Shown: positions 41,276-54,064 of the stretch, piece after piece
Layout of the letters: each line of letters starts with the position of its first letter
Position numbering within the stretch: position 1 is the stretch's first letter
Assembly: GCA_032718475.1 (NCBI GenBank)
Contig: JAUCBJ010008954.1
Span: 43,404 to 107,403, forward strand
Source: Nemertoderma westbladi
Taxonomy: Eukaryota; Animalia; Xenacoelomorpha
Direction: 5' to 3'
DNA: 64,000 nt
Program-made: the position numbers and the translations under genes
Notes under the pieces: model-generated
The model's database searches: none
Told to the model about the DNA's origin: nothing
Seen by the model: the letters and a program-made list of their open reading frames with translations, nothing else

Positions 41276-42118
41276 TGCAACATTTAGGCCTACTCCATAC
41301 TCAGTTTGTCAGTTACGGTATTCAGGTATTACCGTACTCAGGCTGTCAGGTAGGCCTACTGTATTACATAGCTGCATATTACATATACTGGCATAGGCCT
41401 ATTACAATAGGGTGCATGTCAGCATGTAAAGAGCGGACTGCGGGCTGGCGGACTACGGACTGGGGATTGCCAAAATCCGCGCGGTCAATTTGAATCATCG
41501 ACTTCCAAACTAAGAATCCGCTCTTTGTTGTCTGGACAAATGGCGGACTGAAGCCGGTAAATTGTAACCTGATTGGCTCAATCATGTACATACAGTAGGC
41601 TGAAGCTGAAAGGGAACTTAACGAATGAATCATCCCATTTGGCTTTTAAATGTTTACCATTGTGCAACACTGCAATACAGGAAATAATTATCCTATACAG
41701 TAATTACGTTGACTGTTGATTAAGGGCCTACTATATAATCAACATTCTACGGATTTTCAGATTATTTAGGGCCTATTTCAATAAATATTTTTATATACTT
41801 CCTGCCTTTAGAGTTTATGTCACAGAGTTGTCTGTTCACAAATATAAAAGAGCGAATATTCGGACATCCTAAGCGCAGGAGCTGGGGGAAGGGGGTGTGG
41901 ATCTATAAATAGCATCCAATAGCAGGACGCATCTAATTACTGGCATTTAGTTCTGTCCAAATTTTTTGACGCCTTACTGACCACGCCCTGATCGGCTAGT
42001 GCTTTTTTAATGCTTTTTTAGTGTGGACTGTGATATCCTACATATCTGACATACGATTAACTGGGCCCATGTGAAGTATACCAGACTTTCTGCCGTTATA
42101 TTTCACTTTGCAGTTACC

Positions 42119-42340
42119 CCCATGTGAAGAATACCAGGTTTTCACCAAAAATACAGGTTACAGAAGGGCTGAATCTAACCAAAACAATAAACAAATTAGT
42201 ATATGTACAGGTTATACAGACAGAAATAAGCGATATAAAACACTTAATAAAGATAAATTAAAAAAAATAAAAAATCTTCATATATAAAATTCCAAAAAAA
42301 AGTCGACCGAAAAGTGAAATCCTGGTATTCTTCACATGGG
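42119..42340. mobile_element. MITE nested in the MULE
   Basis: TIR CCCATGTGAAGAATACCAGG. A second copy lies at ~58065-58280. Confidence 0.75.
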
Positions 42341-42675
42341 CGATTAACTGTGGGGCGAGCAACGTAAGTCCAGGTGAGCCTTAGCATATGGGTAGAAGTG
42401 GTGGACCCGTCTGTCGTTGTCATCGTCGGAAATGTTTGAACGCTAATAAGTCGGTCAATCTTGGAAAAATAACGTTTCACTACTAGTATGTACGACTAAT
42501 ATGTTTCAATTACCGGTATGTTCCAATTTTGTTTCAACTAACAGAGACATAATAGTGGCAGACTGGCAGTACGAGCCAACCTCCCCCCCCCCCCCGCCCC
42601 CCCCCCCTTTTTTTTGGACGACCCCAACGTAAAAACTTTTAATTTAAGTAACAAGCAAACAAGGAATATCTTATA

Positions 42676-42808
42676 AGGTCGCGGTTCACACCTTTAAGCA
42701 ATAAGCATAACTCTGCTTCGGCAGCAGAAGTACATTCTACAGTAGTCCCAAAGTCTTCATCCAAAGTAGAGTTACGAATGAATCATGCTTAAAAGAGTGA
42801 ACCGGCCT
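42676..42808. mobile_element. Small MITE nested in the MULE (possibly PIF/Harbinger-like)
   Basis: AGGTCGCGGTTCACACCTTTAAGCA vs the inverted TGCTTAAAAGAGTGAACCGGCCT, with TAA flanks. Confidence 0.5.
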
Positions 42809-43245
42809 TAACCTGAGAGATTTTATTGAAAGTTCAAGAGTTCTTCCTACTGCCTACATAATAGGTTTTCAAAATAATAGGTTTCCATCTCTGTGTCACA
42901 ATGAAAACATTTAAGCCAATAAGAGGATTCAGGAAAGTTCGCTTTGGGCCTATGTAAATGATTGAGCCAATCAGGTTAAAATTTTATGGCTTCAGTCCGC
43001 CGTTTGTCCAGACAACAAAGAGCGGATTCTTACATTATAATGCTATAATTCAAATTGACCGCGCATATTTGGGCTTTTAATTGATAATCCGCAGTCCGTA
43101 GTCCGCGGTCCGCTCTTTACATGCACCCATTACAATATGGCAATGTTACCTGAAAATTCCAACTTTACATACTGACATGGACATAGGCAATAATAGGCCT
43201 AAATTGACTGATTGACAATGCCATAGCGCCATAGGGTTAACACTG

Positions 43246-43767
43246 GTGCTTTGCTTAGATCGTGGCTTTTCCAGTTAACATTATTCCATTTTCAGATTTC
43301 GTATAAAACAAGTAATGTGGTTGGAGAAAGCTGCTACTAAACAGCAACCAATCACGTTAATCCTGTTTAACACAGAGTCAATGGCAATGGGAATGGAATA
43401 TTGCTAACATGAAAAAGTTCAGGTTACCATCATTCCATATCTCAGGATCCCGATCTGTATTCATTATTACTGTATCATCACCCTCCTTTTGAAGCCTTGC
43501 AGCCTTGTCTGTTTCATTATACACGTTATACCGAAAACCGAAAGGAAAGCAGTCAGGCGTCAGGCGGAACAGATGGTTAAGGTACAGTACTGCAGTACAG
43601 TAAATCAAATTATTAAGAATAGCCAAAGCCAATACCGGTACATAATACTTAATACAGTCTGTTAGTAGCAGCCCTTAGCAGGTTTCTCCAACCACATGAC
43701 ACATCACTTGTTTTATATAAAATGGAATAATGTTACCGGTAAATGGAAAAGCCACGATCAAAGCACC
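43246..43767. mobile_element. MITE with ~90-bp imperfect TIRs
   Basis: GGTGCTTTG..GATCGTGGCTTTTCCA..GGTTGGAGAAA is inverted at 43675-43767. Confidence 0.65.
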
Positions 43768-45365
43768 CGTTACGGTTAACTACTGACACTGAACTATAAC
43801 AGTAGGCCCCCTATAACAATTCCGGAATTTTACAATTTCGGACAACCTGCACCAATTCCAAAAAACCTGGTTGCATCTACCTACCTGTATGCCTGTCTAT
43901 CCTGCTATCTACCGCTGTACTAATTGGGTTCATCCTGTCATCTGTTATACTGTTTACAGGTTTAGGGGCCTATACAGCTATACCTGTATACTGCAATAGG
44001 TAAAAAATAACAATACAATAGGTAAAAAAATATTGAAAAAATATAGGTCAAATGATTAAAAAAATTGGTACCGAAAAATAACTGCCATAGCGTACTACAA
44101 CAGTACTATTCATGTCAGTCTGTCTGCCTGTATTCATTGTGTCAGTCTGTCAGTAGTCCTTGCTGCCTTGCGTATAGCATATAGGCTACACAGTCTGAGA
44201 CAGTCTGAAAGTTCTCAGATTCTTCAGTAGGCTTAGGCCTGTTCCTGTAGGCAGGCATACGATAGTCTGCCTGGTCTGTCACAGTCACGGTCACCTACTG
44301 ACCTATGCCCACACAAAACGACCACAATCAGACAATCACACAACTGGACAATAGACAATAGCAATCATTATAAAATGAATATCTAGGCACCATTTTATTG
44401 CAATTCCATTCCTGTAAGGTTACTTGTGTAAGAGCCTTGGCCCTTGGGCAGGGCAGTTTGCGTAGTTTCGTGGGTGGCCAATCTTACCGTAGAAACCGCA
44501 AAGTGAAACACTGCCGTGTGGAGAATGCTATTAAAGATGTCATTCATTATAATTACCGTAGTCTGTTAGTGCGAGATTATTTTATATTTTGTTGGCTTTA
44601 TTAATCATTACACTCGGAATTCTGCAATTCGCTGTCTTAGCGTTATTATTATTTCTATATCTCTCAAATCTTATATCTATATCTATTCTATCACTATGGT
44701 ACATAGGCCCTACACAAAATCCTAGAATATACTGTACATACCGTATTGTAGATTCTTATTTCACTGTTACAAGTTACCATATCCTCCTAATGTTTTTACT
44801 ATTTATTCTAAACCACTGAACGATGCCGTTTGAAATTTGACACATATTTACATTTTGGACACTCACCTACCCTACAGTAGTTATTGGGTAGTCAGTATAT
44901 TTAATATCGCTTTCAATATTTTGATGTTTGAAAAAGTACATATCTACTATATGTGACTAACCTGTATCGCACCCTGTTCCTATCGCACCACAGCTATTCT
45001 TAGTCCTATGATTTGTTCATAGCGAGAAAAAGGAGGACTTAGAAGTATTTCAAACTGTCTTCGCGTGCAATTGAAACACTCAATGTTTGACCAGGACGCC
45101 CGATACACATCTACAGCATCAGTTGTTACTCAAAATAGCAACAATAAAGCCTCCTTTTGCTCCATACAGCAGCTTCAGTAACAGTATTTCCAAACGCAAA
45201 ATTCAAATGTTTTTATAGAATTTAAAATCTTTGTAATTTCCTTTACACGAAAAGAACTAAGTACTGTACAGAATAGTACCGGTATATATAACTACGGTGC
45301 GACTGGTGCAATATTGTGCCAGATGCAATATAAAATATGTTGTCTTCGTCTGGCTGGAGGCCAAA

Positions 45366-45800
45366 CTACTACTACTACGATCGGCTTGCTGCATTGCAGC
45401 TGCATTACTGTATATATATATTACATATATATTAAGAATTCTGTGCCGGCTTGTTGACAAAATTGCGCCGCCACAACTCCCCACTGTATCACCCATGACA
45501 TCTGCTAGATCATCCACATCTTCAAGGCCAGTGTCCTTTAAGATGCGCCTGAAGAAAGTCATGGGCTTTCCACCATGCATATTCACTCCATGAGGCCGCC
45601 AAAGCACAAGATTATGCACTTGATAACTCTTCAATTATCCTTCTAAATGCCAAAATGGGCTCCATGGTCCCACGACCTTTACGGAGCCCATTCTGATTTC
45701 CACGGAGCAGTCTCTCAATGGGATCCCTGATGCTATTTAATATAATTCTATTGTATAACTTTGCAGCAATCGAGATTAATGAGATTCCCCGAAAAGAACC
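45366..45800 (-). mobile_element. Internally deleted RTE subfamily B copy
   Basis: (CTA)n tail at 45366. The 3' end is fused at ~45620 directly to the RT 5' segment (RRIIEELS). Confidence 0.85.
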
Positions 45801-47203
45801 AAAAAATACCAATACAGTACTGTAAGTAGTGTTCTAGTATAATACTGTACAATACTAATAGTATAAGACAATATCCGCATTGGCCTCAAGATGGCGCACA
45901 ATACTGCTATACCGGTACCAACTTTTATCAGTTTCTATCTGATTTCAGGATTGTTTGGCTAGTGTCGTTCAAACGTACTAATACCCTATATAATATACCC
46001 TACCCTATATACTAATACCCTATCTTTGCCGAGAGGCGAGAGCGAGATTGATACCTGGCACATATATTCCAGACCTCAGACTGAGTTTTTGTGAGGTCTT
46101 AAATCGATACTGTAGCCATTAATAGCAGCTAAAAGGTGCTTCGAAGTAGCTTTTAACCCCTATTAGTGGCTCCTTGAAAATAATTGTCTTACTAACCCTT
46201 TTAGCAGACAAAAGCCCTTTTATGTTAAAATGGCGTCAAGCCATTATTAAGCTAATAGCGATATTTAATAATTTTTTAAAGCGCTTTTAACTAATAGGGG
46301 TTTAGTAGTAGGGCGTCAAGCAACTCACCCCTGTTCAACTAGTTGAAAGTTCAACTAAAGTCCATTTTTTAAAATTAGGCATCAGCTTATTTTTAGCCCT
46401 AACTTCGCGAGTTCTAATCGGACGGAGTCGATTTTGGGCTCATTCTATTCGGAATATAACGCTGTTATTCACATCCACTTCCAATTTTATGATTTTATTA
46501 TGTTTTCTCATTCAAAACCGCTGTGAAAAAATTACATCTGTTTCAAAATTATGTTTCAATATTCGTGATTTTGCACTCTAATAGAGCAATAATTCGTGGT
46601 TTCAAAAATATATGGGTTTAGAAGTTTTTGTTTCGCGGCATTGCAATAATTACATCCCAAATGCATCCAAATGGTAGTTTTTCAGGAATAATTATTATCG
46701 AAATCGTATAATGTTAAATAAATGAATTTCGTTTGTATTGATAAATATGGTGGAAAGTTTCCATAGGAACAGACAAACTCCACATTTTATTAACCGGCCT
46801 CTTAGGTTGAACATACAGCTGCAACCCACCCCAGCACTGTCTATGACCCGTTGATTGGTCGAGTATGTAGTGTTATACCGGTATATCTGTAACCAAATTT
46901 GGTGGTGGTTTGTTTATTGAGACTGAGTCTTATGTAAGATACATTGTTTTGAAACATTACAAATATACTGTATGCTTCATAGGTGTAAAGTAATTATCGG
47001 ACTACAATATACTGTAGGTGGAAGTAATTAGGCCTACAGGACTACAAAATGTGTAAGTACTGTAGGCCTAATTATCAAATAAATAATGATAAATCCAGTA
47101 GGCCCTTACTGGTAATATTTACACTGTGTTAAAATATACAAGTACTGTATGTCATCGGACTGATTAATATATGTATTAATATTCTTAATATTTATATAAA
47201 TTA

Positions 47204-47725
47204 ATGGCAGCTACTTATATGCACATATACTATCCCTTGGTGGCTTTCTTCATTGGGACAGCTTATTTTTCAACTTTTGTGACATTTATTACAGGAAATA
47301 TGGAGGAAGCAAAATACGACACCTCTTTGACATACCGAATTGCGTCGTATAAACACAAGGTGGCGTATAATGTAAACCGGCGTAGAAATGCCCGAAGTCG
47401 TCGCAAACTCGAGAAAAGTGCAACAACAATCTGGAAGTTGATTGGCAAATTAAAACAAGCTGAAAATGAATTAAATAAACACTTTAAAATTAATTCAGAA
47501 ATTTCAGAAATATGTATCAGGCGGCTATTCTGTATTAGCTACGCTATTTATATGACACACATGATATGGGAATATCTTTACACACCAATGTGGATATTTG
47601 ACCCTGACTGTATTATGGCATATTATCAGTTATTCCCTAACATACTCGGCTTTCCTACAGGTGAACGAAATACCATAGGTCTGCCTGTTTACCTTATATT
47701 TTGCTACATAGTGACAAATATTTAA
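47204..47725 (+). CDS. Possible exon/ORF of an unknown gene
   Basis: 173-codon ORF in very AT-rich DNA, with a candidate acceptor ttattacag| (~47293) and donor ACAG|gtgaac (~47660). No recognisable homology. Confidence 0.3.
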   Translation: MAATYMHIYYPLVAFFIGTAYFSTFVTFITGNMEEAKYDTSLTYRIASYKHKVAYNVNRRRNARSRRKLEKSATTIWKLIGKLKQAENELNKHFKINSEISEICIRRLFCISYAIYMTHMIWEYLYTPMWIFDPDCIMAYYQLFPNILGFPTGERNTIGLPVYLIFCYIVTNI

Positions 47726-49319
47726 TAACATATTTAATCTCTATAACATTGTCATTAATTAACCTGCAGTTGAAGTTAATATTACAGTTACAGTACTACT
47801 ATAAGTATTAAAGTATTAATAATAAACATTATAATGAACGGAGCATACAGTATAACATCATTCTAATATTATTTGAATAGGGTTTGTTATATTTGAGAGT
47901 CAAGGGTAAATTAATAATACCGTACCTAAATAATGTCCCTTTTATTTACGGTGGCTGATAACGGCCAATTAATTCATTTTTTTAATAATGTTTTTCACCC
48001 GTATGAAAAACATTAAATTGTTAGCTATTGACTTTCGTTTTATTAACGTGCCACTGCAACCTGCTCCTTTCCATTGATTTATAATTAACATCACTAATTC
48101 CCAGAGACGAGACATTAATTTTGCCGGGATTGGATTTGCGTCAAGTTTCTCCCCTCCCCCCTTTTCCGCCCACGTGAAGAATATCAAGTTGTCACTTATC
48201 GGTCGGAATTTGATGGCAAATTTATATAAATAATCTGTAGTTTTATGTTTTATAGCGCTTGCTTCTTTCTTATAACCTGTACTGCTGTACGTACATATAC
48301 TATTCGTTTATTGTTTTGATTCGATTCAACCATTCTGTAACCTATGTTTTAAGGGGGGGGGGGGGGGGGGGTGCACCATTTTGGTTCAAAATATGTCGAA
48401 ATTATTTTTTGATCTATCATAATGCACGATTAAATGGTGTTTCCAAATCTGAAAACCGCTATTTAATAGCTCTTTTAGTTTTCAAGTTATAACAATTTCC
48501 ATTTAGAGAGACCGATTGAAATTACTATTACTATGTATAATGAAAGGTCGATTATCTCCAAATATTTTTTTAATGAAATTGTCAACTTCAAAACCCTACT
48601 ACAGTCCGGCTCACCAACAGAGTGCCATCCCCAACACACTTGTGAGCGCCAACACACTCCGACAGCTTCAAACAAGCACAATGCTAACCTACCGAAATTA
48701 GTACTGTTTGATTCTGTTGGAGAAAATATTTCCAACAAGTTTAGTCTGTTGGAGCCCATCCAGGTTATTAAAATTAAACACTTATGGTTGCCCGTGCAAA
48801 CTCTAAAATGACACAAAAATACAGAAATATATTCGACAAAATAGAATTAACGCAACAATGTCATAGTCTACGAATTTCTGAAAATTGATAAAAAAATTTG
48901 GTGCAATGAATAAAAATATCATATTTACATAAAAATTCAAAATAAAAAAGCATTAAACGGTGCAGTAGAATAGACAGAAGCGGTGCTGAAAATATAAAAT
49001 AAAATAAATACAATGGTACAGTAAACAGTAGGCTATGCGCAATAAAATATTCACAATAAAAATTGATTGTTATGATTCACAATAATAACTACAGTATATA
49101 CTTATGAGTAAAGTGATTGGGATTTTGGAATAAAAATATTTTACAAATTAGGTGAATTATTACTAATGTACCATCATATCATATGCATGCTAGCATGCAA
49201 TAAAATATATATAGAAAATAGATAAAATAATCATTCAAAAAAAAAATAAAAATATGCACATGTTTACAAATTTCTATTAAATTTACAAAAAGAGAGCAGG
49301 TCAAGGTCTTTAAGCTATA

Positions 49320-49405
49320 CTTTCAGTATTGACAGTATCCGATGGGAGCCAGTTCCAAATTGGAACTACTCGGTGGGCAAAATTATTCTTCTTAATTAAC
49401 TTGTA
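49320..49405 (-). mobile_element. CR1/L2-type LINE 3' fragment
   Basis: Translates to KNNFAHRVVPIWNWLPSDTV, the typical ORF2 C-terminal RVxxxWNxLP motif. Confidence 0.5.
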
Positions 49406-49457
49406 TCTATCTATAAACTATACTGTAGACCTACGGTAAAATAAAGAAAAAAATTTG

Positions 49458-49675
49458 AACCGGGATTTTGGGACCGGGTTTTAGACATTTTAACTATAAG
49501 ACCAAGACCGGGTTTTAGTCATTTCATTTTTGGGACCGCGAGTTTAGTTTATCGACCGGGTTTTAGGAATTATGCGGACCGGGTTTTAGGAATTTTCTTA
49601 TGGACCGGGCAAAAATTGAACTGACCAGGTTTTAGGTTCAGTGGACCGAGACAGGAACCGGCCCAGGTTTTAGAC
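49458..49675 (+). repeat. Cluster of about 8 GACCGGGTTTTAG motifs with irregular spacers
   Basis: Directly visible; probably transposon subterminal repeats. Confidence 0.6.
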
Positions 49676-49860
49676 AGTCCCTATTGAGTGTACCACAGCT
49701 GCACTGAACGGAACGGTGCTGGACTACCTGACCACTGCGCTACCCTGCTACCGGTACTGTACCAGTGTACACTGTACAGCAGTTGGCAGTATGCGCCATA
49801 TTCAGACATATGGACTTATTCAACTTCCTTTATTGGCGGTAAGTTAAACAGTTAAATCAG

Positions 49861-50399
49861 CCAGGCTGCAAACCACTCACTGAATGGTGAACGGCGGCGC
49901 ACAACGTCTGTGCACAATTTTTCAGCCGCGCAATATTGGACAATATACCGCGCGCGCATGCACCGAAAAAAACGCGCACACCACATTTTAACAATGTAGC
50001 GAAGCGAGCTAAATTTTTTCATTAACATTGCAAAATGAAAAGGAAACGCGAGCAAAACTCAAAGTGAGCGAAATTTAGACATTTTGAACAATCTGACAAT
50101 GCAAAATGCAAAGAAACGCGAGCGAAGCGAGCGAATTTTTTTTGTGGCAAATTATTTTTCTCACTTTGCATGCACGTAAATTTTTTTTACACCTTATCGA
50201 CCTGCAGACCTGTACGCGCACTTGCCACTTGCACTTTATGACTTTTGATCTTTTGCACAGATTACTGCGCACTTTTGTTGTCTTTCCCATAATTTCGCGC
50301 ACTTTTATTTCAATTCCGCGCGCTTTTACCGCGCACTATTTCAAATACGCGCACAACGCGTTGCGATTTTTGCACTTCATTCTGTCATTTGCAGCCTGG
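49861..50399. mobile_element. Putative MITE
   Basis: Termini CCAGGCTGCAAA / TTTGCAGCCTGG and a GCGC-rich interior. No clear TSD. Confidence 0.45.
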
Positions 50400-51078
50400 C
50401 ACATCAATACATCTGTACATGCATGCGAATGCATACAATGATACAAAGTTGACATGCGAATTCAGGAATTGACAGGAATGGGGATATCACTCCTGAAGCT
50501 GAGGCGCCACTTTTTCGCGGTTCTCTGGCAGTCTGGTTCTCGTGGCGTGGGCCTCCCAGGTTACAATATTTAGTGGCGGCCCAAACAGCCAAACCCTAAT
50601 TAAAGCAGTAATCTAATCTAATAAATTTTGGACGTTTTGCTATTTGCCCGAAGGATCGGGCAGTCGGGTACGTTTTTACCGGGGTACCGGTACGTTGTAA
50701 CTTCAGAACTTGTCGGCTGTAACCCGTTGGGAGGTTCTATCACTTTTGCGTACCGATGGATGTTAGTGTATCATACTGCCATTGCCATATACATGATTGC
50801 TTTGCTACTGACTTCTTACTACAATCAGCAGATCAGTATCGGTATTTATTGGATTAGGCCTATAGAAGTATAGAGTGCGACAAGGGGTTGAGGGGTACCG
50901 GTCTGCCGGTACTGATGACTACTGTACTGACTCCATGTGACTAGTGACTACTGACTGTCTGACCATATGGTTTCCCTCAATTGGTAAAGTGATCGTTTAT
51001 TGTTTTGGTTATAGAAGCCTGCCTCTGTAACCTGCTCCTTTCCCTCAATTGGTAAAGTGGCCGTTTATTGTTTTGGTT

Positions 51079-52246
51079 GGCTGTTATCTTTGTTGACTTC
51101 TTCAAGGCCTTTGATTCAGTCTCTCGCTCACGTATGTTCAGCATACTTTCATTATATGGGATTCCTGATGAAATTATTGCAGCAATCAGATCAGTATACG
51201 ATGGTTCGACAACATTTGTGTCTATTGTTGATGGTGACACAGAACCATTTGAAGTGTTATGGGGCGTCCTCCAGAGAGACACACTTGCGCATTCTTGTTC
51301 ATAATTGTGGTTGACTATGTTCTCCGCATGTCCTTAGATCATCAAAATGATGATGGGGTGATGATAACTCCACCTACTGGCTCCAGAAGTCGAGGAAATC
51401 CTGCCAAGTACCTAACTGATCTTGACTTTGCTGATGACTTAGGAGTACTCTCAGAATCACTAGAGGGAGTCCAACAGCTCCTCAGCTAATTAAGAACATG
51501 CTGCTTCTAGTGTTGGTATTTTTATTAACTCCAGAAAGACCAAAATTTTGACAGTTAACTTTGAAAGTTCTCAGCAAGTATCTGATCGGATGAGCATAAG
51601 CTCAAAGGATGGTATGCTTGAGCATGTGGACTACTTCTGTTACCTGGGATCATGGATCCGGAAGTCAGGTGAGGACCTTCGAATACGTAAGGGAAAGGCA
51701 TGGGCAGCCTTGAATAGGCTTTCCAGGATTTGGAAGTCACCGATAATTAATCGGAAACTTAAGGTGCGATTATTTAAAGCAGCAGTAGTTCCAGTACTCC
51801 TCTATGGGAGTCCATGCTGGGCTCTAACTGCCGAGGACACCAAATCTCTGGATGGCACATTCACAAGAATGCTACGCCGGGTTCATTGTGTCAAGTACAA
51901 TGCACACATCTCCACCCAGGCACTATATAACATTGGAGGTGTCTCATTGGTTCCCCCAAGCTTGACACTAGAACAAAATCGCCTCCGCTTTGCAGGACAT
52001 TGCTTTCGCCGTGAGGACCAGCCAGTGCATAATCTTGTACTTTGGCAGCCTCATGGAGTGAATAAGCATGGTGGACAGCCCATGACTTTCTTGAGACGCA
52101 TCTTAAAGGACACTGACCTTGAAGATGCGGATGATTTAGCAAATATCATGGGTGATAGGGAGTTGTGGCGGCGCAATTTTGTCGACAAGCCGGCACAGCA
52201 TTCTTAAAAATGCAGCTGCAATGTAGCACGCCGATCCTAGTAGTAG
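51079..52246 (+). mobile_element. 5'-truncated RTE subfamily B copy
   Basis: Near-identical to 35565-36525. (TAG)3 tail and TSD TTTTGGTT (51071-78, 52247-54). Inserted into a short ~68-bp tandem repeat. Confidence 0.9.
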
Positions 52247-52347
52247 TTTTGGTTAGAAGAGCCTGCCTCTGTAACCTGATCCTTTCCCTCAATTAAGTGT
52301 TTCAGTGCTTCTGAAATACTAACTAACCATACCGGTACATATTGCAT

Positions 52348-52809
52348 ATGTATTACATATTCATTCAGATATTTATTTTTCAGCTGGTTGCGGCATTGGG
52401 TAGCGATTTCAGCGCCGATGTTTGCACCGGTCTCGGATTCTCTGATAACCTGCGCTGCTCTAGTTGCAAACTATTGCCGCGATTCAGTCTCCAGGCTCTA
52501 GAGGGCGACTGTAAGAGCTGCTGTTACGGAGACAATAACAGCGACGCACAAGGGACTCGGAAGGTCTACCCTTCGGCTGTACTTGAGGTCTGTAAATGAA
52601 AGTTATCCCGTTATCCACAGGTCGAGGCGTTTGTTAAGAGTTCTTGGTCTCAACGCTTCCCTGGGTTAACGGTAAAGTATGTGAGGGGTTCTGGGCCGGT
52701 CCTTAAACTCGTGAACGATGTTGATGAAGTGGTTGAAACGTTGAATATCGAGAAGTGGGACACGGATAATGTTGATGACTTTCTAACAGAAGTGCTAGAG
52801 ACCGATTAA
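52348..52809 (+). CDS. SELENOF: Selenoprotein F (Sep15) with in-frame UGA (Sec) at 52597-52599
   Basis: SDFSADVCTGLGFSDNLRCSSC..CKSCC..AVLEVCK-UGA-KLSRYPQVEAFVK..VKYVRGSGPVLKL..IEKWDTDNVDDFL, stop TAA 52807-09. The start is either ATG 52348 (signal-peptide-like) or a spliced entry at 52384. Confidence 0.92.
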
Positions 52810-53335
52810 AGTTGTGCTCATTGCTAACGGTTGAGGTTCGTTTTGTACATTTTTCTTTTCTCGTGATATTATGGTTATTAACTGGTGGACATTAAACAAA
52901 ACCCACAATATGTCTTGCTCCTAGTTGGTATACATAAACTTTAAGGCTACAGTTACAGTCATATACCTGTCAGTATACCAGCGGATCGAAGCGAGGTTGG
53001 TGTAGGTAGCGAGGAATGCGCTGTAATTGTAAGTCATTAATCTACAACTGAAACATTTACTACTGCCATGTGCAATATATAACTGTATAAGTAGAATATG
53101 GCCATTTGCTACTAACTAAGACTAAATATAGTATGCATAACATATCTGACTTGGGTGGGTACTGGGCTTGGGCATATACCTAACCCTAATTGATGGGGCT
53201 CTAATCGATGAAATCTTGTCGAATTAGCAACATTCAGGACACTTAGTATAATCCATATGTACACAGTGCTGTTAACAAACAGTAATCAATGTAAACTCAG
53301 GTCCAAAAATTGATATCTGTTTTTCATTTCTAGCC

Positions 53336-53808
53336 AGGAACCCAGGATCCCATAGCAGTAAGCCAGGATCCCGTACAGGGACCCATGATCCCGTGTCAGG
53401 GACCCAGGATCCCGTGCCAGCGACCCATGATGCCGTGTCAGGATCCCGTGCCAGCGACCCACGATCCCGTGTCAGGGACCAAGGATCCCGTGGCAGGGAA
53501 CAATGGTCCCGCGACAGGGACCAAGTATCCCGTGACAGGGACGAAGGATCCCGTGTCAGGGACCAACGATCCCGTGTCAGGTACCCAGGATCTCGTGAGA
53601 GTAATCCAGGATCCCGTGTCAGTCGGACCTAGGATCCCGTGCCAGGGACCAATGATCCCGTGTCAGGATCTCGTTCCAGGGACCCAATATCCCGTGACAG
53701 GGACCAAGGATTCCTTGATCCCGGGATCCCTTTCAGGGATCACGTGTCAAGGATCCATGATCACGTGTCAGGGACCAAAGATCCCGTGTCAGGGACCCAG
53801 GATCCCCT
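53336..53808 (+). repeat. Degenerate ~20-bp tandem repeat GGGACCCAGGATCCCGTGTCA
   Basis: About 23 diverged units. Confidence 0.9.
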
Positions 53809-54064
53809 TTTTTGGAACATGATCATTCACATCTTCATGTTTATGTAAACGGAATGTGAATTATAGAACACTTCATAATTAGGTTGTTGTTTTGTTTTTT
53901 GCTTATCGACAGTCAAGGACAGTGAATTTTATTGATTTAAGATGTTGGTGATGTAGAAGTTATTTTATTTTCATACTAACTTACAACAGTTATCTTGTAA
54001 TTATTTCCTTGTGGATACTTTCTTGTAATCGGGTCTCAATATTTTTTAGTACTGTATTTATTAA

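Larger units (their letters stand above)
41410..43128. mobile_element. Non-autonomous Mutator-like element (MULE)
   Basis: ~170-bp imperfect TIRs starting GGGTGCATGT and a perfect 9-bp TSD ATTACAATA (41401-09, 43129-37). Confidence 0.85.

Noticed and set aside
50760-50845. Signal-peptide-like first exon for SELENOF (MLVYHTAIAIYMIALLL..)
   Set aside because: The visible GT donors are phase 1, while the downstream acceptors (52368, 52383) need phase 0.
53385-53848. Pro/Cys-rich ORFs
   Set aside because: They are translations of the degenerate 20-bp repeat.
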